NCBI GenBank assembly: GCA_016184005.1
Contig: JACPDL010000003.1
Span: 171,632 to 235,631 of the forward strand
Reading direction: 5' to 3'
DNA length: 64,000 nucleotides
DNA from: Candidatus Aenigmatarchaeota archaeon
Lineage (GTDB): Archaea > Aenigmatarchaeota > Aenigmatarchaeia > GW2011-AR5
Program-made: the position numbers and the translations under genes
Shown: piece by piece, positions 42,600 to 50,629 of the stretch
Numbering within the stretch: position 1 is the first letter of the stretch
Layout: each line of letters begins with the position of its first letter
The notes under the pieces: generated by a model
Told to the model about the DNA's origin: nothing
Seen by the model: only the letters and a program-made list of their open reading frames with translations
Databases searched by the model: none

Positions 42600-45227
42600 A
42601 TGGAAACGGAAGAGAAGATAAAATCAAAATTCAGGCTGAAGAAGCTTGTGAACATGCTGCAGGCGATCAAAGGCAGGCATACAGAGCTTGTAACGGTCTA
42701 TGTGCCCGTGAACTACTTGCTCAGCGAGATTATCAGCCAGCTCCGGACAGAACAAAGCACCGCGGAGAACATAAAATCAAAACCAGTAAGGAAGAACGTG
42801 ACAACGGCACTGGAGAAGATAATCAGGCACCTGCAGCTCTACAAACACACGCCGCAGAACGGCATTGCGCTTTTCTGCGGCAACGTGAGCGATAAAGAAG
42901 GCGCGACGAATATAGAGATCTGGGCAGTAGAGCCGCCCGAAGAGATAAAGGTCAAGATGTACTGGTGCGACCAGAGGTTCGTAATGGATCCCCTGCTCGA
43001 CATGGTAGAAGAGAAAGAGATATACGGTGTCATCTGCCTTGACAAGAGCGAAGCAGACATCGCTTTGCTGAAAGGCAAGAAGCTTGAACTGCTTTACCGC
43101 AAGGAATCCATAGTCCCTGGTAAAACGCGCGCCGGGGGACAATGCCTGGCACCGGATACCCTCATACAGATGGGTGATGGAACTTTATTGGAAATATGTA
43201 AAGTCAGCAATCCCCATATAGTCAAATCTGTAAATTTCCCAGAAACAACCCTGAGCAACAGGCCGGTAATAAACAAATGGGAAACAAAAAAGAATACAAA
43301 ATACATAATAACAACCAAATGTCCTGCCACACAAATCGAATCTTCAAAAGATCACCTATTCTTCAGGTGGGGAAACAGTATAGAAGAGATTCCGGCAGAA
43401 AAGCTGAAGAATGGCGACTTTCTATTGCTGCCTGAAAAAATAGATGTAGAAGGCGAAATACAAAGTTTGAATAGCTCAGGCTTTTACAATTCATACAGGA
43501 TAAGTGAAAAAGGAAGAGAATATATTAAAAACAGAAGAATTTCATTAAAATTATTGCAGAAAGAATTGGCCAAAAAATCAGGTGTAACACAGACAGCAAT
43601 ATCAGTGATAGAGCTTGGAAAAAGGGATATAAAAATTGGATTTCTGAAAGTCTTGTGCAAACATCTTGGTACAGAAACAGGCTCTTTCATACGCCAGTTC
43701 TGCGTGCCAGTCAAAGATCTTAAACTGCCTGAAGTTCTGAACGAAAATCTGGCAAGTTTTCTAGGCTACTTTGCCGGAGACGGCTCTATAGAGAATGAAA
43801 GATTGTCGCTATTTGATGCTGACAAGCAGACGATTGAATATTACAACAACTTGGCAGAAATCACATTCAACTGCAACTCGAAAATCACGCATAGAGAAAA
43901 CAAGGGACATTATGTTGCCAGAATATATGGCAAACCTATTGTAAAACTGATAAAAAATGAATTTCCGGAACTAAAATACGCACTGGATACTGAAATGCCG
44001 GCTAAAATACTCAAATCACCTGATAGCGTACTTGCTGCATTCTTGAGGGGGTTTTTTGATGCCGAAGGCTACGTAAACAGGGAAAGGGGGATAGGTCTGG
44101 GGATAAATAACAAAAAAATGGCCAGGCAAACGCAGCTGGCTTTGCTCAGATTCGGGATATTAGCATCGCTTGCAGAATACGACAACAGGAGAAATCCTCA
44201 CAGCAAAAAACACAGGTTTACGGTAGGAATAACAGAAAGAACGTCACTAGAAATATTTCTGAACTCAATAGGATTTAATGCGGCTTATAAAAACAAAAAG
44301 CTGGCAGAAGTCATCCAAAATAAGTCAGTAACAAGCTATACAAGACAAATATTTCTGACGGGAGAAAATATAAGAAAAATACTTGAGTCAGAAGGCTACA
44401 AGGTGTCGGACTTTCCAAAAGTTACCAATTTCTTCAGAAATGAAAGGCTGATGAGTAAAGACGTATTCAGAAATTCCATAATAAATGAGGTTAGAAACAA
44501 CGAAAGCCTGAGGAAAAAACTCGAAATAGTATTAAATTATAACCTAGTACCTGCAAAAATAAGCTCCATAAAGAAAATAGAAGAGGAAAACAGGTTCGTT
44601 GATATAGAAGTTAAGAATTCCAATTTCATTGCAAACGGTATTGTAGTCCACAATAGTTCAGCACGTTTCTCACGCGTGCGCGAGGGCATGCTCAACGACT
44701 GGCTGAAAGAAGTGGGCGAAGCCGCGAACAAGATCTTTGAGGAGCACAAAGAGGTCAAGGGCATACTTCTGGGAGGGCCTGGACCAATAAAGGAATTCTT
44801 TCTGAAGGAAGAGTACGTTCATGCAGACGTGAGGAGCAAAATACTTGGAACTGTTGATACGGGCTATACAGGAGAACATGGACTTGAAGAAACACTGATA
44901 CGGGGGGAAGATTTGATAAAAGAACTGGCAGTCACGAAAGAAAAGAATCTTCTGCAGAAATTTCTCACAGAGCTTCAGAAACCGCATGGAATTGCAGTTT
45001 ACGGCGCCAAGGAAGTGATACGCGTGCTTGAGCTGGGCGCGGCAGAAACTATAATCATAAGCGAGAGCATCAGCGAAAAAATAGAAGGGGAAGACGCCAT
45101 AGAATATTTCGAGGAGAAAGCGCAAAACTACGGCACCGCGCTTATTGTTGTTTCATCAGACACGCGCGAAGGCCAGCAGTTTAAAGCCCTAGGCGGCATC
45201 GGGGCGCTGTTGAGGTATCATGTGTAG
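42600..45227 (+). CDS. prf1: Peptide chain release factor aRF1, interrupted by a 504-aa intein
   Basis: NIKS motif, GGQ motif, aRF1 domain 3 after the intein; exteins total 371 aa. Confidence 0.8.
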   Translation: METEEKIKSKFRLKKLVNMLQAIKGRHTELVTVYVPVNYLLSEIISQLRTEQSTAENIKSKPVRKNVTTALEKIIRHLQLYKHTPQNGIALFCGNVSDKEGATNIEIWAVEPPEEIKVKMYWCDQRFVMDPLLDMVEEKEIYGVICLDKSEADIALLKGKKLELLYRKESIVPGKTRAGGQCLAPDTLIQMGDGTLLEICKVSNPHIVKSVNFPETTLSNRPVINKWETKKNTKYIITTKCPATQIESSKDHLFFRWGNSIEEIPAEKLKNGDFLLLPEKIDVEGEIQSLNSSGFYNSYRISEKGREYIKNRRISLKLLQKELAKKSGVTQTAISVIELGKRDIKIGFLKVLCKHLGTETGSFIRQFCVPVKDLKLPEVLNENLASFLGYFAGDGSIENERLSLFDADKQTIEYYNNLAEITFNCNSKITHRENKGHYVARIYGKPIVKLIKNEFPELKYALDTEMPAKILKSPDSVLAAFLRGFFDAEGYVNRERGIGLGINNKKMARQTQLALLRFGILASLAEYDNRRNPHSKKHRFTVGITERTSLEIFLNSIGFNAAYKNKKLAEVIQNKSVTSYTRQIFLTGENIRKILESEGYKVSDFPKVTNFFRNERLMSKDVFRNSIINEVRNNESLRKKLEIVLNYNLVPAKISSIKKIEEENRFVDIEVKNSNFIANGIVVHNSSARFSRVREGMLNDWLKEVGEAANKIFEEHKEVKGILLGGPGPIKEFFLKEEYVHADVRSKILGTVDTGYTGEHGLEETLIRGEDLIKELAVTKEKNLLQKFLTELQKPHGIAVYGAKEVIRVLELGAAETIIISESISEKIEGEDAIEYFEEKAQNYGTALIVVSSDTREGQQFKALGGIGALLRYHV
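43143..44654 (+). mobile_element. Intein with LAGLIDADG homing-endonuclease domain inserted between Q and S of ...RAGGQ|SSARF...
   Basis: Begins with Cys (CLAPDT), ends with HN followed by Ser; LAGLIDADG blocks LGYFAGDGSI and LRGFFDAEGYV; embedded HTH. Confidence 0.75.
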
Positions 45228-45247
45228 AACAATGATAAACTAGCTTC

Positions 45248-46267
45248 TCATCGCCGCATATGTCTACTCGCCCAGCCCTGTTCCAGTTCTCTAAAAACCT
45301 CTTCCGCGACTTCTCTGCTGTAGCCTGCTACAAATCCAAGCGGCTTGTTTGCAGGGCTGAAATGATAAGGCTGCATTCTGTCTGTTTTTCTTACATCAAA
45401 ATCAGCATCAATTCCCATCTCTCTGAGTTTCTTTCCGACTTCATACATGAGCATGTGGCCACCAGCCCTCTCGACAAGAAGCTTGCCTGCCGCCCAGTCC
45501 CATACGCGATGCTCTGGCTGGTAAAAGACATGAGAGTCACCGGTTGACACAAGCGCAAGCCCTAAAGCACATGAGCCGTATGTGTTGCTTGCCCAGTTTT
45601 TACCAGCATATGATCTCATAAATTCTGAAGGGGCCAGGAAAGGTGTGTCAACTCCATAATGAGCAAAGAATCTTTTCCTGGCGTCAGGGGCAACAGCAAC
45701 CCTTGCTTGTTCCATTCCGTTGTTCGTTATCATGTAAGCAGGCGTGTCTTCAGCGGCCATGACCAGAAGGCCCGATCCGGTTTCGCGAAAATTACATCTT
45801 GGACCATAAACAGCAGCGGCAGTTGCCTGCATCTTATTCCAGACGCCAACAGAATTACTCCACTGGCCGGTTTTCATCGCGTATTGTGCAGTACCGTCCA
45901 AAGAATCTGATATAACGACTTTTCCTTTAGGTATAACCTCGAGATAGTCTGCTTCCGAAATTATTCTATCAGCAAACTTTTGGAATCTTTCCTTTTCTTT
46001 GTCTGCTTCCTCACCAATATGCCGGACTCCAGGCAGATATTTTTCTGCTTCGTTAAATATAATTTCTTGTGAAAGCTCATCAGCTTCCGTAATAGCTGCG
46101 TGATAACTTACATGCTGGTCAGGCTTTTCTATTACTTCCTGCGAGAAATCGCGCTTTGCTATCCTTTCACCGGCTTCGTAAGCCGACATGGCAGCAGTCA
46201 TCAGGTCGTCTTCATGGCGGCTTCCAAGGCTTCTGATATGATCTTCAATATATCTTTTTGTAATCAT
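45248..46267 (-). CDS. Inositol-monophosphatase-family phosphatase (IMPase/FBPase fold) with N-terminal extension
   Basis: Metal-binding GEE, DSLDGT (DPxDGT-like) and WDWAAG (WDxAAG) motifs. Confidence 0.6.
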   Translation of the reverse strand: MITKRYIEDHIRSLGSRHEDDLMTAAMSAYEAGERIAKRDFSQEVIEKPDQHVSYHAAITEADELSQEIIFNEAEKYLPGVRHIGEEADKEKERFQKFADRIISEADYLEVIPKGKVVISDSLDGTAQYAMKTGQWSNSVGVWNKMQATAAAVYGPRCNFRETGSGLLVMAAEDTPAYMITNNGMEQARVAVAPDARKRFFAHYGVDTPFLAPSEFMRSYAGKNWASNTYGSCALGLALVSTGDSHVFYQPEHRVWDWAAGKLLVERAGGHMLMYEVGKKLREMGIDADFDVRKTDRMQPYHFSPANKPLGFVAGYSREVAEEVFRELEQGWASRHMRR

Positions 46268-47274
46268 TTACTTCCGCCTTTCAGTTTTTCCAGCTGTTTC
46301 CTTTCCTCTTCAATCTCGTGGTCGAGCCATCTGCCCTTCCAGTTGCCGGCAGCGCCATAGCTGGAAAGAGCCCTTCTCAGGCCGTCATCCGGCTTGAAAA
46401 TATAAGGCGCTTCGGGTTCGCCTGTCTGGAGTTCCGGCCTTCTTGTAGACCTGTTAAGGCGATAAACCACGGGATTCCTCATGACATCCCCGGATCTCAT
46501 TGTTGCAAGCCGGGACGGCAACAATTCAAACACCTCCCTGTTGAGGTGCACCAAACCGTCTTTACCCATGAATGTTTCGCCGTCCGTGGCGCATACGTTT
46601 TCCGGATCAACATATTTCCAGTATCTTGCATTCGCTATCGCAAGGTTTTTTTCCTGTTCCCATGAAAGATAGATAAGTCCGTGAAATGTGCTTATGACAC
46701 TGCCGCCTTCGCGAATTTCAAGCACGTCAGGCCCTCCCCAATAGTCAACTTCTGTCTCTGCGACTGGGGCATCTATTTCAAGTTCCCTCAGTTTAGCCAG
46801 CGTAACGGCCTTGCCAACCTCATCATTCGGGACATAAACCCAGGGGTTCCTGTCGCGCGTCCAGAGGATGCTTTCTTCGGCGCCTTCTTTTCGCTGGAGC
46901 ATCCTGATGTCCCTGAAATGTTCTTTTGTAGAAGGAAACCCGGAAGGTATCCCGTGGTACCACGGATGAACCTTCGCGCCGCCGTCTCTCCTGTGGGAAA
47001 ATATTTTTCCGTTCCGGAGATAGTCCACGATTGCCCCTGAAGCGGGTCTCAAGGGGAATTCACAAGTCCCTATTTCCGCGTAGCCTCCAGACCGCAGCCG
47101 CTGGAGCGCATTTATCCCGAATTCCACAACAGCTGCATCGCTAAGATCGCGCCCGGTCATGTATTCCCTGTCTTTTTCAGGCCGATAAAAAAGCGTGACT
47201 TTGATCCCGGATTTTTCGCGCACAGCGTATGCCTGCGGTATCTTGAACTTGAATATTTCCGGCATAAAAACCAA
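46264..47274 (-). CDS. Hypothetical 336-aa protein, 4-bp overlap with the downstream IMPase-like gene
   Basis: Intact ORF; no family recognised. Confidence 0.4.
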   Translation of the reverse strand: MVFMPEIFKFKIPQAYAVREKSGIKVTLFYRPEKDREYMTGRDLSDAAVVEFGINALQRLRSGGYAEIGTCEFPLRPASGAIVDYLRNGKIFSHRRDGGAKVHPWYHGIPSGFPSTKEHFRDIRMLQRKEGAEESILWTRDRNPWVYVPNDEVGKAVTLAKLRELEIDAPVAETEVDYWGGPDVLEIREGGSVISTFHGLIYLSWEQEKNLAIANARYWKYVDPENVCATDGETFMGKDGLVHLNREVFELLPSRLATMRSGDVMRNPVVYRLNRSTRRPELQTGEPEAPYIFKPDDGLRRALSSYGAAGNWKGRWLDHEIEEERKQLEKLKGGSK

Positions 47275-47376
47275 AGGCTACTATCAAGGCAAACTTCTTA
47301 ACGTTATTTTTTACATTACAAAAGAATTACGCAGAAACCGCATTTTCCATTCTTTTATATTTTTCTGTGTTTTGAT

Positions 47377-47775
47377 TTGTTTATGGCATTAATAGTGAAT
47401 CCCTGCGAAGTTTGCATGGCATACAAAGCCAGGCTTGATGAATCTAGAAGGAGATACTTGGAAGGAGACAGCGATGCAGTGTCGGGGCTGCTGACAGTAG
47501 CGGATAATATGCTGCGTGAACCGTTGAATCCTGAGATCGCTGGTTTGCTGAAGAAATATCCGGGAGCATGCGCTACAGAAAGAACCCCTTGCATATATAG
47601 AGAAGCAGACAGGGAGTATTTGTCGAGGCTTAAAGGATCTGCAGAGGCTGTATACGATCATCCGCACACCCGCCATGCCAGGAAAGAAGACAGAGATGCA
47701 GCTGTCAAAGATGTTGTGAAAATTGTGAAAAAGTTCAGGGATATGTTCCCAGGCTTATCGCAGAATGATCCTTAA
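47377..47775 (+). CDS. Hypothetical 132-aa protein
   Basis: ORF preceded by an AT-rich TATA-like stretch (ttttatattttt). Confidence 0.3.
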   Translation: MFMALIVNPCEVCMAYKARLDESRRRYLEGDSDAVSGLLTVADNMLREPLNPEIAGLLKKYPGACATERTPCIYREADREYLSRLKGSAEAVYDHPHTRHARKEDRDAAVKDVVKIVKKFRDMFPGLSQNDP

Positions 47776-48575
47776 TCAATTCTAAAAATCCTCTTCGCGT
47801 TTTCTTCCGTTATGTTCAGAACTTCATCCATTGACAACTGCTTTATTTCCGCGATGAGCTGCGCAGACTGGCGGATCTTCCATGGCCTGTTCTTGAGCTC
47901 AGGAACAGCTTGACGCACTCCGTGCGTCGGTTCGTCTGGGTCAAGCCACGGCGAGTCTGTCTCGAGCAGCATGCTGCCAAGGTCGCATATGCCTGCCAGC
48001 CTTTGGTGCTTTCTGCTCCTGCAAATGATAGTCGCAAAAGAGATGTAGTAGCCGTTCTCAATGGCATATTTCATCTCATCCTCGCTGCCGGAGAAGCAGT
48101 GCATGACAACGTCTTTTGCATCCTCGTCAGTCAGAATCTTAAGTGTGTCATGAATGGCTGTTTTCTGCTTGTCGCCGTTGCGCGAATGTATCTCCAGCGG
48201 CAGTCCCAGCTCCTTTGCGAGTCCGATCATCTGGATGAATATTTCTTTTGACCTTTCCTGCTCATCACTTTTTGTTATCCAGCTGTAGTCAAGCCCGACT
48301 TCGCCTATGGCGCAGACGTCTTTCCTGCTATGCCTGATTAATTCCATGTAACTGGCTATTTCCCTGCCTGAATATTTCATGCAGTACTCCGGGTGAAGGC
48401 CCAGTGAAACAAAAACAAAATCCGGGAACTTGCTTCTCAGTTCCAATGCCTGTTCAGCATGGCTGATTTCAGCTGTTACTGTCACAACGGCTGATAATTT
48501 CTGCATAGCTTCTCTTACAACACTTTCAGGGTTTTCCATATGTGTAATGTGACAATGAACGTCTATGCCTGGCAT
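47772..48575 (-). CDS. tatD: TatD-family metal-dependent DNase/hydrolase
   Basis: GIDVHCH start and TatD metal-ligand motifs. Confidence 0.8.
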   Translation of the reverse strand: MPGIDVHCHITHMENPESVVREAMQKLSAVVTVTAEISHAEQALELRSKFPDFVFVSLGLHPEYCMKYSGREIASYMELIRHSRKDVCAIGEVGLDYSWITKSDEQERSKEIFIQMIGLAKELGLPLEIHSRNGDKQKTAIHDTLKILTDEDAKDVVMHCFSGSEDEMKYAIENGYYISFATIICRSRKHQRLAGICDLGSMLLETDSPWLDPDEPTHGVRQAVPELKNRPWKIRQSAQLIAEIKQLSMDEVLNITEENAKRIFRID

Positions 48576-48587
48576 AATATCACAAAA

Positions 48588-48992
48588 TTACAATTCAGCA
48601 AGAAATTGTTTTGCAGTTACTATTTTTATGCCCCTGAATCTTTTCAGATTCAATAAATGCTGATCTCCGGAAACAATATAATCAACGCTTCCAGCTACAG
48701 CGCATTCCAAAATCATGTTATCATCTGGATCGTCTTTAACAGCATCAATCTTTTCTACAGGCTTGACAAACGTTGCCACCTCTAAAATCAGCGCCTTGAA
48801 TCTATCTTTTTGCTCTTCTGTAAATTCTAATTTCGCGTAATCCAGCACTTCTGACAGTTCGCTAAACTGCTCATCAGAAATAACCATCTCAACTTCTCCA
48901 GAGATTATTTTACTGAACGCCTTATGCGGAGGGCCTTTCCAACCCAGTGAAGAAACAAGAATATTTGTGTCTAGCGTCGCTTTCTTGCCCAT
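48588..48992 (-). CDS. PIN-domain protein (VapC-like toxin candidate)
   Basis: LDTNILVSS N-terminal Asp; conserved acidic residues; 134 aa. Confidence 0.6.
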   Translation of the reverse strand: MGKKATLDTNILVSSLGWKGPPHKAFSKIISGEVEMVISDEQFSELSEVLDYAKLEFTEEQKDRFKALILEVATFVKPVEKIDAVKDDPDDNMILECAVAGSVDYIVSGDQHLLNLKRFRGIKIVTAKQFLAEL

Positions 48993-49234
48993 TTGATGGC
49001 CTCTTCAGCGTCTTTTCGTTTTACCTTTCTTTCCTTAAACTGCTTAGCTATCTCTCTGGATAAAGACTCAAACTCTGCTTTTACGTGTGGTATGTTTACT
49101 CTTTTGAAGAGAACGCCGCTTTTCACCTCGAAAGCAACAAACCTGTCGCTTGAGCTGAATCTCTGTCTTTCTCTTATTTCCTTTGGGACAACAAGCTGCC
49201 CTTTCTCAGACATTTTTACAAGCTCTTCCATCAT
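48971..49234 (-). CDS. AbrB/SpoVT/MazE-fold antitoxin candidate, overlaps the PIN gene
   Basis: KGQLVVPKEIRE swapped-hairpin motif; basic C-terminus; overlaps the toxin start. Confidence 0.55.
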   Translation of the reverse strand: MMEELVKMSEKGQLVVPKEIRERQRFSSSDRFVAFEVKSGVLFKRVNIPHVKAEFESLSREIAKQFKERKVKRKDAEEAIKWARKRR

Positions 49235-49271
49235 ATCACCCTTAGTAGTTGAACTGTTAAACTATTTAACT

Positions 49272-49913
49272 CTATCCTTTATGGCCATATTTGCCTATGA
49301 GCGGAACAAAGACGTAGTAGCCAAGGAACGTTTTCGTGAATTCCTTAGCGCTGACTTTCTCAATCAAAAACAGCTCATCCTTTATTGGTATAACAAGCTT
49401 TCCTCCAACCTTGAGCTGTTTTGCAAGCGGCTGCGGCATCTTGGACGCGCTTGCAGTCACAATAATCCTGTCGTAAGGCGCTATCTTCTCATACCCTTGC
49501 GAGCCGTCGCAATTAACAGCAACTATATTCGCGAAGCCGCACATGCCAAGGGTTCTTTTTGCAATCTCGTGAAGCGCCTTGATCCTTTCAGTTGTAATGA
49601 CGCTGCCTTTCCTGCCGACAAGAACAGAAAGTATGGCAGCCTGATAGCCGGAACCTGTCCCGACTTCCAGCACTTTCTGGCCTAACCTTACATCAAGCGC
49701 TTCTGTCATTGCGGCAACAGTAAGCGGCTGTGATATTGTTTGCCCCTCCATGATAGGCAAAGCGTCGTTTGCGTATGCATAATCCCTGTGACCAGGCAGC
49801 ACAAACTCTTCTCTAGGCACTTTCCGGAACGCATTTATCACAGCTTCAGTTTTGAGATAGCCCAGATCAATTAGTTCATTGATAAGCCGCTCCTTCTGCG
49901 CTTTCAGGTCCAT
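49272..49913 (-). CDS. pcm: Protein-L-isoaspartate O-methyltransferase
   Basis: VLEVGTGSGYQAAIL SAM motif and PCMT family pattern. Confidence 0.85.
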   Translation of the reverse strand: MDLKAQKERLINELIDLGYLKTEAVINAFRKVPREEFVLPGHRDYAYANDALPIMEGQTISQPLTVAAMTEALDVRLGQKVLEVGTGSGYQAAILSVLVGRKGSVITTERIKALHEIAKRTLGMCGFANIVAVNCDGSQGYEKIAPYDRIIVTASASKMPQPLAKQLKVGGKLVIPIKDELFLIEKVSAKEFTKTFLGYYVFVPLIGKYGHKG

Positions 49914-49978
49914 GCGAAAATTATGGATGCGCTTCTTAAAAGAGATTTGTTTAAGAAGTTTGTGCTTAGGATTTATTT

Positions 49979-50371
49979 ATGGCGGATGAAAATTTTGTAT
50001 TCAGGGGACATTTTCCAGTGTCTTTTAGGGATGGGAAGGCGAGGTTACCAAAAAAGTGGCTCCAAGCTTTTCCTGAAGGAAAAGCGTACGCCCTCATTAC
50101 TTCCATTGGAGAAGACGGAGCAGAGTATTTAGATATCTATCCTCAAAGAAATCCGGATGCAAAGGTAGAATTGCCTGTTCGTAACCATGTTTTGCACATA
50201 GACCAAGAAGCCAGAAGATCTTTGGGAATTGCTTATATTGATGGGAGCCTTACTGCTGTCGGAATGATTGATCATGCCGAATTTTGGGATACTGGGCGCC
50301 TGAAAGCTTATATGAAAAGTGCACCTTTTCCTTATGAGCTATGGGAAAGATTTCATCCTGAAACTAGTTAA
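49979..50371 (+). CDS. MraZ-like / AbrB-fold protein with two D-x3-R repeats
   Basis: SFRDGKARLP and HIDQEARRSLGI resemble the duplicated MraZ motif. Confidence 0.4.
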   Translation: MADENFVFRGHFPVSFRDGKARLPKKWLQAFPEGKAYALITSIGEDGAEYLDIYPQRNPDAKVELPVRNHVLHIDQEARRSLGIAYIDGSLTAVGMIDHAEFWDTGRLKAYMKSAPFPYELWERFHPETS

Positions 50372-50421
50372 AAGTTAATTTATTTCTTGCAATTGCTGTC
50401 CAGAAAGTGATTGTCCCTGAA

Positions 50422-50625
50422 TTAGCCCAGCTTCTTGTCGATGTCCGTCAGGATGGATGAAACATCTTCAATGTTCTGCGAGATGTTTGTTACGGCCTCT
50501 CCGACCTGCTGCTCATTCTTTATTGAGGTCTTTGACTGCTCGACGCATCCGCTGGCAAACACCATGGAAAAAAGAAGCAACGCTATCACTATCAGGCAGA
50601 TATTTTTTTTATTTTCATTCGTCAT
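50422..50625 (-). CDS. Small secreted/lipoprotein-like protein
   Basis: Signal-like N-terminus followed by Cys (MVFASGC). Confidence 0.35.
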   Translation of the reverse strand: MTNENKKNICLIVIALLLFSMVFASGCVEQSKTSIKNEQQVGEAVTNISQNIEDVSSILTDIDKKLG

Positions 50626-50629
50626 ATTC

